From Octopus sinensis (taxonomy: Eukaryota), in contig NC_043003.1 of the NCBI RefSeq assembly GCF_006345805.1, positions 25,544,001 to 25,608,000 on the forward strand: a stretch of 64,000 nucleotides of DNA, given 5' to 3'. The notes beneath the pieces are model-generated. The model ran no database searches. It saw only the letters and a list, made by a program, of their open reading frames with translations, and was not told the DNA's origin. The translations under genes were made by a program, and so were the position numbers. Of this stretch, positions 35,583 to 48,885 are shown piece by piece (positions within the stretch are counted from its first letter, which is position 1; each line of letters starts with the position of its first letter).

Positions 35583-35703
35583 ATGTGTAAGTGAACAAGT
35601 GAGAAGAAAAGGAGAGAAACAAAATTTGAATAAACGTTATTTTCCTCATGAAATTAGGGGGGGCCATTCAGAAAGCATCATAGGCTGCAGTTTGCCAAGA
35701 TTG
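35320..35703. mobile_element. hAT (Charlie-like) MITE, 384 bp
   Basis: Perfect 8-bp TSD AAGTAGAC (35312-35319 and 35704-35711); degenerate TIRs CGGGCATGGGCAAC / GTTTGCCAAGATTG. Confidence 0.75.
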
Positions 35704-35880
35704 AAGTAGACCTTCATTCAAAACTTTTCTAGTCCTGACCATCTAATCTTTCTTTATATCTTCCATCTTTTACTTGTTTCAGGGATTGGACTATGACCAC
35801 ACTGGGGCACTGCCTTGAAGGGTTTAGGCAAACACATCAACCCCAGTAATATTCTTTAAGCTAAGCCGTAGTTTAAATCA

Positions 35881-36068
35881 ATAGGTGCAGGAGTGGCTGT
35901 GTGGTAAGTAGCTTGCTTACCAACCACATGGTTTCAGGTTCATTTCCACTGTGTGGCACCTTGGGCAAGTGTCTTCTACTATAGCCTCGGGCTGACCAAA
36001 GCCTTGTGAGTGGATTTGGCGGATGGAAACTGAAAGAAGCCCATTGTATATATGTGTATATATATATA

Positions 36069-36105
<37 letters not shown>

Positions 36106-36190
36106 ATGTTTGTGTATCTGTGCTTGACCCCAACCATCACTTGACATCCTCGTAACATAGCAGTTCAGCAAAAGAGACTGATAGAATAAA
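35881..36190 (+). mobile_element. CORE-type SINE family A, 3'-truncated
   Basis: Intact head ggagtggctgtgtggtaagtagc and core ggcaccttgggcaagtgtcttctactatagcc. Confidence 0.85.
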
Positions 36191-36293
36191 AGAACCAAGG
36201 TCCATATGGCTCTTGGGGATCAATATAAGATTTTGTTGTTAAAATTTATGTGCAATAAACTGTTTATATTTCTACAATTCACAAAATATTTAA

Positions 36294-36513
36294 CCCTTTA
36301 GCATTTAAACCAGCCATATCTAGCCAAAATATTCCATCTGTTTTATGTTCAAACTAACCTGATCCAACCTCTCACACCTACCCTACAATGTTATTCTAAA
36401 AATAAACAATCGCATCCTTGAAATCCCAAGGATATGAGATAATGCATGATTAATTCAAAACAATGTGAATCAATAAGCATTACGTTTGATAGAATAACCT
36501 GAACACTAAAGGG
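36294..36513. mobile_element. piggyBac-type MITE, 220 bp
   Basis: TTAA|CCCTTTAG ... CTAAAGGG|TTAA. Confidence 0.85.
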
Positions 36514-36534
36514 TTAAACATTTTGTTTATTTAC

Positions 36535-37131
36535 AAATCAAATGGATATTGTAGTTGTGATACCATTGCCGGTGACACATTGGGTATCACAGAGGCAATG
36601 ACAAAAGACAGAGACCTCTGAGATATGCTGTGACTGCGAAGACCCGACAAATGAAGTTAGTTCATGGCTCGCAGGATGGCCTGCTGTGCTAACCTTGGAT
36701 CATAGGGTGACTTGCTGTGCTTGAGGAGACCTATTGAGTCAAGTACATCAACATCACCATCAAAATATAAATCAAATGGAAATTGTAGTTATGATACCTG
36801 TGTTGGTGGCACATAAAAGGCACCGTCCGAACGTGGCCGATGCCAGTGCCGCTTGACTGGCGTTCGTATTGGTGACACATAAAAAGCACCAACCGATCGT
36901 GGCCATTTGCCAGCCCCACTGGCCCCTGTGCCGGTGGCACATAAAAAGCACCCACTACATTCAGGGAGTGGTTGGCGTTGGGAAGGGCATCCAGCTATAG
37001 AAACACTGCCAGGTCAGACTGAAGCTTGGCACAGCCTCCTGGATTCCCAGACCCTGGTCAAACTGTTGAACCATCCAACCCATGCTAGCATGGAAAATGG
37101 ACATTAAATGATGATGATGATGATGATGATG
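36535..37131 (+). mobile_element. 5'-truncated RTE (subfamily 2) with duplicated UTR piece at the 5' junction
   Basis: aaatcaaatggatattgtagttgtgatacc at 36535 repeats 36769; ORF end, hairpin array and (GAT)n. Confidence 0.8.
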
Positions 37132-37384
37132 AATTCCAAATAATATTTAATCATAAAAATATAACAGGAGTTTTAAAACATCAGATGGTTATGAGGGTCC
37201 CACCCACTAAGTGAAATAGGAATCAAGGGGGGTCCATAGGCAAAATATGATTGAGAACCACTGTGTTAAACTGATAATATTGATGGTGGGTGGTTCATTC
37301 TGCCAAAAAGGTATGCATAGGTTGTAGTTAATTTCTTTATTAACTGATTGATTTGTCAGCCTTTTGTTATACTTCTGTAGCTTG

Positions 37385-37582
37385 TGAAGGCAGTGTTACG
37401 TTGTTTCGTCTGCCGTTACGTTGTGAGTTCAAATTCCGCCGAGGTCGACTTTGCCTTTCATCCTTTCGAGGTCGATAAATTAAGTACCAGTTACGCACTG
37501 GGTCGATGCAATCGACTTAATCGCTTTGTCTGTCCTTGTTTGTCCTCTCTATGTTTAGCCCCTTGTGGGCAATAAAGAAATA
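37385..37582 (+). mobile_element. SINE family C, tail type 1 (head partly deleted)
   Basis: gagttcaaattccgccgaggtcgactttgcctttcatcctttcgaggtcgataaattaagtaccag. Confidence 0.85.
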
Positions 37583-37971
37583 TATACTTCTGTGGCTTTT
37601 TCAATAAGTTCTCCTTGACTGCTGGTTTTTCAGATGTTTGGTCTTTATATATTGGTGATGGCGACGATGGACATGATAGTATGGTGGTGGTAAGTCTTAG
37701 TAAATCATGCATATGTATGTGCAAGTGAGTTTATTGTTATTCTTCACTTCTAAGTCAATCCTGATCAAGCAGACACATGATCTCAGGCACTTCAGACTAT
37801 GACCATCCGGTTGTATTTTTTATGTGTCATGATATGCCTTCTTCCAAGACACCATTCTTGTTTGGTGTGCATCTATCTGTATGTGTGTATGTATATGTGT
37901 GTGAGTGTGTGTTTACACATGTGCATGTGTTTATGTGTGTATGTGTGTATGTACGTAAGAACGTATATATC

Positions 37972-38207
37972 TTATCTTTTATCTTTTACTTGTTTCAGTC
38001 ATTAGACTGCGTGGCCACGCTGGAGCATCACCTTGAAGAATTTTAGTCAACCAAATCAACACCAGTACATATTTTATTAGTTTCTTCTTCTGAACAGCTA
38101 AGTTACAGGGATATAAAAACTTCAACACCAATTATCAAGCAGTGGTGAGGGATAAACACACACACACACAGACACGCACGCGTGCACACATGCACACACA
38201 CACACAT

Positions 38208-38265
<58 letters not shown>

Positions 38266-38450
38266 ACACACACACACACACACACACACATACTTACACA
38301 CACATACACATAATGAGTTTCTTTCAGTCTACTAAATCCACTCACAAGACTTTGGTCAGCCCAAAGCTATTGTAGAAGACACTTGCCCAAGGTGCCACAC
38401 TGGGACTGAACCTGGAACCATGTGGTTGGGAAGCAAACTTCTTAACACAC
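37972..38450 (-). mobile_element. CORE-type SINE family A
   Basis: Reverse-complement head, core and tail; long (CA)n centre. Confidence 0.75.
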
Positions 38451-38563
38451 AATGTATTTTTTTTATTTATCAACAAAGGTTACAGAGTGACTCAGGAGTC
38501 AAGTGTTTCATGCATTGGCACTTGAGTTACTCTGTAACTTCTGCTCATTAATAAAAAAAATAT

Positions 38564-38983
38564 AAGCGTGGGAATGTGGTAAGAAGCTTGCTTCTCAACC
38601 ACATGGTTCTGGGTTCAGTCCCACTGCATGGCACCTTGAGCAAATGTCTTCTGCTATAGCTTCTGGCCAATCAAAGCCTTGTGAGTGGATTTGGTAGATG
38701 GAAACTGAAAGAAGGCCATCGTATACACACACACACACACACATATATATATGTATATATATATACATATATTTGTGTGTGTGTCTATGTTTGTCCCCCC
38801 AACATTGCTTGACAACCAATGTTGGTGTGTTTATGTCTCTGTAACTTAGTGGTTCAGCAAAAGAGACTAATAGAATAAGTACTAGGCTTACAAAGAATGA
38901 GTCCTGGGTTCGATTTGTTCAACTAAAGGTGCTGCTTCAGCATGGCCACAGTCAAATGACTGAAACAAGTAAAAGAAGAATAC
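38564..38983 (+). mobile_element. CORE-type SINE family A
   Basis: Full head, core, microsatellite and aagtaaaagaag tail. Confidence 0.85.
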
Positions 38984-39019
38984 ACATGTTTCGAGTTCTA
39001 TTTTTCTGTTTCACATCAT

Positions 39020-39235
39020 CATCACCACCACCATCATTATCCTCATTGTCATCATTTAGCGTCTGCTTTCCATGCTGGCATGGGTTAGATGGTTTTACTG
39101 AAGCTGGTAAGCTGGAGAGCTGTACCAGGTTCCAATTTGATTTGGGATGGTTTCTATGGTTGGATGCCCTTCCTAACACCAACCACTCCATGAGTGTAAT
39201 GGGTTTTTTTTTTTTACATGCCACCAGCATTGGCC
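39020..39235 (-). mobile_element. RTE-tail fragment
   Basis: catttagcgtctgctttccatgctggcatggg...cactccatgagtg. Confidence 0.75.
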
Positions 39236-39269
39236 ATTGTTAAATCCTTTGTGGCTATATTTCACACAA

Positions 39270-39470
39270 AAACACGGCCAACAATTTCAGGGAGAGCTTA
39301 ACTCAATTGCGTTAACCCCAGCATTCATCTGGTACTTATTTTATCAACCCTGAAAGAATGAAAGGCAAAGTCAACCTCAGCTAAACTTGAACTCAGAATG
39401 TCATGACACGAAATGCTGCTGAGCATTTTCCCCAGTATGCTAATGATTCTACTAACTCACTGCCCTACCA
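39270..39470 (-). mobile_element. SINE family C, tail type 2
   Basis: gaatgaaaggcaaagtcaacctcagc...ttgaactcagaatg. Confidence 0.6.
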
Positions 39471-39699
39471 AACCTAATATGTTAATGTATGTATGTGTGT
39501 ATGTGTGTATGTGTGTCTGTATGTGTGTGTGTGCATGTGAGTCTCAATATGTGTGCATGCAAGTGTGTATGTGTGTGTGTTTGCATTTGTGCTACTTTGA
39601 AAATCACTCAGCTACATGTGGTGACATTGCTGTTATTTCCCCCCTGATAACATGTTAATCACTGGCATTGCATATTCAAAGATGTGGGAAATAAAAGAT

Positions 39700-40020
39700 C
39701 CCGTGCCGGTGGCGTGTAAAAAGTACCATCTGAACGTGGTTGATACCAACGCTGCCTGACTGGCGTCTGTGTCGGTGACACGTAAAAAAAGCACCAACCA
39801 ATCGTGGCCATTTGCCAGCCTCCTCTGGCCCCTGTGCCAGTGGCACGTAAAAAGCACCCACTACACTCACGGAGTGGTTGGCATTAGGAAGGGCATCCAG
39901 CTGTAGAAACACTGCCAGAACAGACTGGAGCCTGGCGCAGCCTCCTGGCTTCCCAGACCCCGGTCGAACTGTCCAACCCATGCTAGCATGGAAAATGGAC
40001 ATTAAACGATGATGATGATT
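39700..40020 (+). mobile_element. RTE 3' UTR fragment (subfamily 2), three hairpin units
   Basis: GTGTC-GGT-GACAC, GCCAG-CCTCCT-CTGGC, GTGCC-AGT-GGCAC, CCATGCTAGCATGG, (GAT)n. Confidence 0.85.
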
Positions 40021-40599
40021 TACTTGAAAAACAGGTAATGTTTAGTGACAGAAAGAGCATCTGGCAGTTAAGCAATTCCTCAATAATACATTTATCTAAT
40101 TCATGCTTGCATGGAAACACAAGCATAAAAATGAATAAAAAAATTAAAACACACACATGTGCATGCACACACACACTCACGCACACACACAAACAAATAA
40201 ACAAAACACACACAAACATACATATACATATATGACATATATATGCATAAATACGTATATGCTAATTATTGATTCATTTACAGCTGACACTTTGCGGTGA
40301 GACTAGTGAGAATTTCTTTTGCATTTGTTCATGTGAACATTTTCTGTATTTTCTGTGAAATAAGAACACATGTGTATAAGTATATATGGTTATGTATATG
40401 AGCATGTGTGTGTGTGTATGTAATATATATATATAATATATATATATATTTACACACACACACAAATAAAAAAAAAAAAAATATATATATATAATGTATA
40501 TATGTGTATATATATCATCATCATCATCATCGTTTAGCGTCTGTTTTCCATGCTAGCATGATATATGTATATGTAAATACATATATCTTTGTGTGTGTT

Positions 40600-40667
<68 letters not shown>

Positions 40668-41689
40668 ATATTATATATATATATATATATATACAATATA
40701 TACATATACATATATACATATATACATACACACACACATATAAATATACATATACATCTATCTAGCTATACTTATTAATCAACATATATATACATACATA
40801 CATAAATACATACATAATACATACATACATACATACAAGCATACATACATACATACATACATACATACATACATACATGCATACAATATAGAAGAAGGTC
40901 GCTATAACATTGCCTGCAGGACACACACACACACACATACATACATAAATGTGTGTGTGTGTGTGTGTGTGCTTGTTTGTGCATATGTTTCCCTGCATGG
41001 ATGTGAATATACACATATTGTATTTATGATTTTCACAAAGAAGCCATAAGTTGTATAAACTGGATTTGCAAACAAAATTGCATGCTGGCACCACAATCCT
41101 CATCATGTTCCGCTCACAGTAACAGGAAATAAATTAGTAAATTTCAAGCTAAGGAGAGAATCCTCCATATAGTTACTTGATCAGCTAGAAATAGCAGTCA
41201 AATTTCAAAAGAACTATTTTTGATAATATGGAGCTTGCTTCCTAGCTACATGGTTTCGGGTTCAGTCCCACTGCGTGGCACTTTGGGTAGGTGTCTTCCA
41301 CTATAGCCCCGAGCCGACCGGAGCTTTGTGATTGAATTCGGTAGGTGGAAGTTACTGCCGTGTGTGTATGTGTGCGTATAGCTGCTCAGTGCCTCTCCGA
41401 AGAGAGAGAGAGAGTTCAATATAAACTGAGAAAGGCAGGATGGTCATGGCAGAAATGCTTTTGATTATAGATCTAGTCAGAAGGGCTGATCTAGGGCTAT
41501 GGGAAGAAGTGGTGAGGACTGATCTTAAGAGGCTGAATGTCATGTAAAAGATGATAAAGGACTGTGTGACAGGTGGTGAAATGCTGTACGGGGTGGGGGG
41601 AAATACCTTCCAAACTGACATCAGCATGGAGAAATAAAGAAAACAATAAATGAATAAACAAATAATTGCAATGAAGAATCGACCACCGC

Positions 41690-42440
41690 CTCCTCCCCCC
41701 ATCTTTGTCCTCATCACCATCATCATTATCATCAGAGATTTGTTAGTATCCTCCTCCTCCACTTCCGCCTTCTCATTGTCATCATCAATTCATTACCATC
41801 ATCCTCCTTCACATTTTCATTGTTGTCATTGTCCTCTTCCTCATCCTCCTCTCCTCCCCCTCCTCCTCACTATCATCATCAATTCATTACCATCCTCCTC
41901 CTTCAATTCCTCCCTCCTATCATCATCATCATCATCATCATCAATTCACCAGCACCACCATCTCTATCACCCACACTACCCCCTCCACCACCACCACCAT
42001 CATTGTTTTAGTATCCACTTTTCCACGCATTTGCATGGGTCAGATGGAATTTGTTGAGATTCATTTTTTTTTTGATAGCTGGATGCCTTCCTCATCACCA
42101 ACTCTCATCTATTTCCAAGCCTGTTCCCCTTGGCCAGACATGTTTCCATGAAGGACTGAAAATGAAGGACATCGCTTGCATGACAATGATATTTGTTTAC
42201 AACTGTCACATGATGCCAAAATGACATACAGCTGCACATGCATGCACACACACACACACACACACCACACACACACACACACACAAATATTTGAAGGGTT
42301 TCTTTCAGTTTCCAACTACCACTCAGGGCTTTGGTTGGCCCATTGCTATTATTGAAGACATTTGCCCAAGGTACCATGTAGTGGGATTGAACCCAAAACC
42401 ACAGCGCTGGGAAGTGATCTTCTTAACTATACAATCATGT
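41690..42440 (-). mobile_element. SINE family B with greatly expanded, degenerate (CAT/CCT)n tail
   Basis: Head and core 42290-42440, RTE-like tail 42005-42140, low-complexity tail 41690-42005. Confidence 0.6.
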
Positions 42441-43365
42441 CTGCACTTGGGATGTTTGATATCTAAATTTAGGTTTCTTTCACAAATTTGCTCACGGCAC
42501 CCTATCTCTGTCCTATCCCAATGCTTGTATAACAACAGATGGCAGCACATTGTGGCTCTATCTATATTTAACCCCCCTTTCCACCTCTACTTGTATTGCT
42601 ATCCATCACCTTTTCTTTCCCTCTGTCTCTGTCTCTCTCTCCTCTCTCTCTATTCCCTTTGTTCCTATCTCTCTCTCACATCAACCAACCATCAGGTAAC
42701 CATCTCATATGTAATTACTCAGTGTGTGCATGCGTGTGTGTATGTGTGTGTGTGCATATATATATATGTATATGTATATTTAGTAAGTGAGTTGGGATAT
42801 ATAATGCAGGCATTTACTTCATGAATCACTTCTATGTATAGTGCCTATCTGAAGATTGAAAGGGGAAGCTCCCTTATGAAGCTACAGCTCCAATAAACAA
42901 AAAAATCCACAAATCACTCAGAGCTTATATAATAAAAGCATTGAAGAATGGAGTTTGCAATGTCGCTAATTCTATTCTTCACTATTTTTATATGTTTTTA
43001 TCACACAGATACACACACACGCACACACACACACACACTCACACACACACATACATGCATGCACGCGTGTGCGCACACACATATGTATATATATCTATAT
43101 ATGTATGTATCCATACACACACACACACACATACACACACAAACACACACACCCTCTCACTCTCTCTCTCGGAGAGGCACAAGCACCTGCACACACATAT
43201 ACACATGCGGCAGTAACTTCTGCCTACCAAATTCAATCACAAAGCTTCGGTTGGCCTGGGGTTATAGCAGAAGACACTTGCCCAAGGTGTCACACGGTGG
43301 GACTGAACCTGAAACCATGTAGCTGGGAAGCAAGCTTCCTAACCACATACCCATGGCCGCACCTA

Positions 43366-43397
<32 letters not shown>

Positions 43398-43400
<3 letters not shown>

Positions 43401-44239
43401 TCATCATCATCATTATCATTTAACGTCCGCTTTCCATGCTAGCATGGGTTGGACGGTTCAACTGGGGTCTGGGGAGCCCGAAAGCTGCACCAGTCCAGTC
43501 AGATCTGGCAGTGTTTCTACAGCTGGATGCCCTTCCTAACACCAACCACTCCGAGAGTGTAGTGGGTGATTTTATGTGCCACCGACACAGGTGCCAGACG
43601 AGGCTGGCAAACGGCCACGCTCGGATGGTGTTTTTTATGTGCCACCGACACAGGTGCCAGACGAGGCTGGCAGACGGCCACGCTCGGATGGTGTTTTTAT
43701 GTGCCACCGACACAGGTGCCAGATGAGGCTGGCAAACGGCCACGATCGGATGGTGTTTGTTACGTGCCCACAGCACGGAGGCCAGTCGATGCGGTACTGG
43801 CTACGGCCACGTTCGGATGGTTTTCTTGTGTGCCACGTGCCACCGGCACTGGTACCATAAAGATACAAATTCCATTGATGCTCATCTATTTTGATTTGTT
43901 TTGATTTTCACTTGCCTCAACAGGTCTTCACAAGTGTCACAAGAAGGAAGGTATGCACAGGTGGACTGACTACGTCCCAGGTAGGGGCCACAGGTTATGG
44001 CCTGACTAGTCTTGCCGGGTCTTCGGATGGTGTTTTTATGTGCCACCGACACAGGTGCCAGATGAGGCTGGCGAACGGCCACGATCGGATGGTGTTTGTT
44101 ACGTGCCCACAGCACGGAGGCCAGTCGGTGCGGTACTGGCTACGGCCACGTTCGGATGGTTTTCTTGTGTGCCACCGGCACTGGTACCACAAAGATACAA
44201 TTCCATTAATGTTCATCTATTTTGATTTGTTTTGATTTG

Positions 44240-44240
<1 letters not shown>
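43398..44240 (-). mobile_element. RTE 3' UTR (subfamily 1) with tandem re-duplication, between two (TA)n arrays
   Basis: Near-identical to 61245-61893; block about 44025-44240 repeats about 43690-43910. Confidence 0.9.
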
Positions 44241-44329
<89 letters not shown>

Positions 44330-44379
44330 ATATATGTATGTATGTATATATGTATATATGTGTTTATGTATGTATGTCA

Positions 44380-46754
44380 GGTCACTTATGAGACTCTCAC
44401 AAGTGCTACTGGTAACATGGAATACAGTACAACCTGTTGCATGGTTGGGTTGTCAGTGACTAAACCAGCACCCTCACCAGGCTACCCTGGTGAGGAGGGT
44501 TACTAGAAACCCAGTAAGATTAAAAACAAGACCTGTTGAAATGTTAGGTGAATCTAGTGCAGGCCCAACGACTATCTAGCAATAGCATGGGTACGCAGAA
44601 ATTCCGAGATAGTATCTGGCGTGCTAGAAGACCACTGGGAGTGAGGCACCCCTCAGCTTCTGTTGAAGCATGTCTCTAGGAGAAGGTCACTCAGACATGC
44701 AGGGAATAAAATTGGATATTTTGGAGGTCTTTGGTTAGTGCTAGAGATCACGGTGCTCCCACATCCTTGAGCCTGCAACTCATATTGGCACCAGACATCT
44801 CACTCTGGCTTGTCTCTGGATAATGTCAGTAGAGTGGAGAGGGTCTATGATGTGTCATGAAAGCCTTATTGGACCTAAAATTCTGCAGAGGAATTGCAGA
44901 CTTCTGCTCGATATGTGCTGCTTTTTTTTATCCTTATATATATATTTACTTTATTTTCAGTATATATGTATCTTTATTTTTAGTATATATTTATTTATTT
45001 TTTGTATATATTTATTCTATTTTTATTCAGAAGTCCTGCAACGATGGGAAGGTGGTGAAGCATGCAGACCTGACAAGTCGAAAGCATGTAGTCAGCAATC
45101 TGCTCATAGACAGCCCATGCTAGATATAAAGTAGACTCCTTATCGCCCAAGACAGCGATAGGATTTGGTTGCATGGGTATCTGAGCAGCTCCATTTGGAG
45201 AGGGTACTGCTCATCCAGAGGCTGGGAAGGTTCTAGAAAAGGTGAACTAAAAGTTGCTTGTTTTTCTATATCTGGTCAGTTTAGTACGACTGATGGATGT
45301 CCACCCTGCACCCAAATAATAAAGAGACTTTTTTTTACAAAATCTGGATGGAACTTGAACATTTCATGTTGGAATGTGTGCACTCTGTTGGATAACAAGA
45401 GTAATTGTAGGCCTGAAAGATGCACTGCACTTGTTGCTCATGAACTGAACTGCTATAACATTGATATAGCTGCACTTTCAGATACTTATATAGAAGGTGA
45501 TGGTCTGCTTGAGGAAATAGGAGGTAGATACACCTTTTTTTGGAAGGGGTGGCTGAAGGAAGAATGCAGAGAGGCTGGTGTTGGCTTTGCAGTTTGATCT
45601 GATATTCTTAAGAAGTTGGAGAAGCTTCCTGTTCCTATAAATGAACATCTAATGACTCTACGAATGCACCTGAAGAGTGGGAGGTTTGCTACTCTAATAA
45701 GTGCCTATGCACCTACTTTGACTAGTTGTGATGAAGATAAAATTATTTTTTATACCTGGCTGAGAGCCATACTTATGAAAATCCCCAATTCTGATAAAGT
45801 CATTCCACTGGGGGATTTCAATGCCAGGGTTGGAACAGACTAGCAAACATAGAACTCTCTTGGACGTTTTGGTGTAGGGAAAATGAATAGCAATGGCCTA
45901 ATGCTGCTGGAGCTTTGCGATGAACATGGACTTTACATTTTATGCCCAAAGGTGATCACACAACAACGTGGATGCATTCAAGGTCTAAAGTTTGGCACTT
46001 ACTGGATTATGTCATCATCCGCAAGCATGGCATCTATGACATTTGTGATGTCAAGTCCTTTCATGGATTGGAATGCTGGATAGACCACAATCTGGTGTGA
46101 GTAAAGTTTCAGATGATGATTCAAGTGAAAGAGAGAAGAGAGCCAGTTGGCATTTCTTGGCGTCTGAATGTCCACAAGATATATGATGCTGTGCTGAAAG
46201 AGCTTCGGACTCGCATGTCCAGCGCTGAAAATACTTCAGTATGGGAAGATTTGTGAGACCAGGTTCTTCAATGTGCTACTGAAACACTGGGATATGCTAC
46301 TGCCAGACACAGAGACCAGTTTGATGAAAATGATGCTGCAGTTCAGCGACAATTGGTTGTAAAGAGCCATGCCCACAATGTATTGCTGTACAGGATTTTC
46401 AGCTGTGCAGCGAAATCTAGCACTTTCCCACGATAGCAGTGTAAAATCACTACTGCAGTAATCTCTCAGGAAGATGCAGAACACTTAGTGGGAAGATTTT
46501 TCTCATAATGTTCAGGCTGCTGCTGATGCAAAAGACAGCAAGAAGCTTTGTCATCTTATGAAGTAAGTTTATGGGCCTGCATCAGCTTCTTTGCTTTCAA
46601 AAGAGTCTTCTACTCTGTTTACTAAATCAGCAGAAATCACAGGTCGCTGGATTGAACACTTTTCTGAAGTCCTAAACCATGAGTCAGTTGTGGATGAAAC
46701 AGTGGTTGATACTATGCAAACTTCTTATCACACAGCCCATATATATGTATGTAT

Positions 46755-46794
<40 letters not shown>

Positions 46795-47550
46795 GTTATT
46801 GATCACTTATCCATAAGTTAAAACAAGCACACTCTAAGAGAGAATCTGAACAGTTATACTTTTATATTGTTGAGTAGTATATTCTTGTGATCAGTTATAA
46901 GCCACAACCAGGAATATACAAGCTGTCAATATAAAGCAATGATTCTGAAAAACCAAATGAGATGGTGTAGCCATATTGTTCGAATGGCGGATGAACACAC
47001 ACCCAAACATCTGTTTTATGGTGAGCTTGCAACGGGGAAATACTATCAGTGTAAACCTAAAAAAAGGTTTAAAGATGGCATAATGACTACCACGAAGTCA
47101 CTTGGAATGGATCTAGAGGACATAGAAACCCTTGCTTCAGACTGAGCTGGATGGTGAACAAAAGTGTAAAGGCCACAATAACACATGCAAGAAGAATGTT
47201 ACGACTGCGAAGGTGAATCACAACGGCCTGTTTGTGTGTACAGTTTGTGACAGACCATGTTTTTTGCTGGGCTCAAATCTCATTTGCGAACCCATGGAAA
47301 ATGAACCTCCACTAACTATTCTGCCTATATGTCTGTGCACACCTTTGGATGCAGTGTATGCCAGAAGGCTTGCAAATCTAACGGAGGCCTCAAAAGACAT
47401 TTTAAGATCCTCAAAGATCAGAACTTAACTGCAGCTCTTGGTGGTTCAAATCGGATATGCAATCTATGCGGGTATCTTTTCAAAACATTGTCTGGTTTAA
47501 AAAGCCACATAACATGCCAAAGAGGTGGTCAGACTCTGCATAAAGAGTAG
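44380..47550 (+). mobile_element. Decayed RTE-BovB-clade LINE: 5' UTR, APE endonuclease, RT core deleted, C-terminal C2H2 fingers
   Basis: WNVCTLLD...RPERCTALVAHELNCYNIDIAALSDT...YTFFWKG...EAGVGFAV; ISAYAPT; GDFNARVG; MRWCSHIVRMADEHTPKHLFYGEL; many stops and frameshifts. Confidence 0.85.
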
Positions 47551-47734
47551 ACCACCACCACCACCACCATATATATATACATACACACACAGTATGTATA
47601 TGTGTGTGTGTGTATATATATACATATATATGTGTGTGTGTGTGTATGTATTTGTATATATGTATACACACACATACTTATGTTGTACTAATAAATGCTT
47701 CCAGTTACACTCTGTTTTCCGTATTAATCTTTTA

Positions 47735-48088
<354 letters not shown>

Positions 48089-48360
48089 CTTTTGCTCTAT
48101 TTCTACTTCTTCTCTGTGTCTCTGCCTGTGTGTCTCTCTTGTATCCTCCCATCCATTCACATGTCATTCATTATTGTCAGCCACCACACTCATTCTCTTC
48201 TATCACACTCTATTTCTTTTCCAATCATCTCTCTACTTTCTCCACTCGCCCCTCTCCCATATAAAGAAGCAGCAGTGACGATTGAGTGAGTTGTAACTAT
48301 GATCGCATGTAAACAAATACATATAAACAAAGAGACACTTTCACTAATACACACACACAC

Positions 48361-48414
<54 letters not shown>

Positions 48415-48417
48415 ACA

Positions 48418-48450
<33 letters not shown>

Positions 48451-48589
48451 CAGTGGTAAAGTAAAATCAAAGAGCTTGATGAACTCAGAGGTTCAAGAGA
48501 GTCTGGAGAAGGACATGGAAGTTGAATAATCTCTCAGCCAGATATAAGTTCAAAGGAGTGTTAGGTGACATGTATGTGATAGAAAGAAG

Positions 48590-48885
48590 AGATGGTGGAA
48601 GAGGAAGTAGAGGAAAAAGGGGAGAACAAAGAAGAGACAGAAGCAGGGAAGGAATGGAGGGCAATGAAAGGGAAAAAGAGGAGGAAGAAGAAGAGAGGGA
48701 GGAGGAAGAGGAGACAGAATAGGAGAAGAACAGGATATAGAAGAGAGAAGAAGGAGGTTGATGTGGATGTGGAGTAAGAGGAGGGAAGGTAAATGTTGAA
48801 GAAGAGGAAGATGAGGGGGAAGCAGATGAGGACAAGGAGATGAAGGAAGAAGTAGAGGGGGAGTATGGTGAGATAAAGACCTATA
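48590..48885. repeat. GA-rich low-complexity tract
   Basis: Direct reading. Confidence 0.8.

Larger units (their letters stand above)
36192..37263. mobile_element. hAT-type MITE (same family as 14412-15017) with nested piggyBac MITE and RTE fragment
   Basis: Right terminus gattgagaaccactg followed by tgttaaac; both internal halves match the 14.4-15.0 kb copy in reverse. Confidence 0.65.

Noticed and set aside
43566-43800. Repeat/variable-spacer appearance of the 57-bp arrays (CRISPR-like)
   Set aside because: Eukaryotic LINE 3' UTR context; variable parts are 5-10-nt hairpin loops related to each other; no cas genes.
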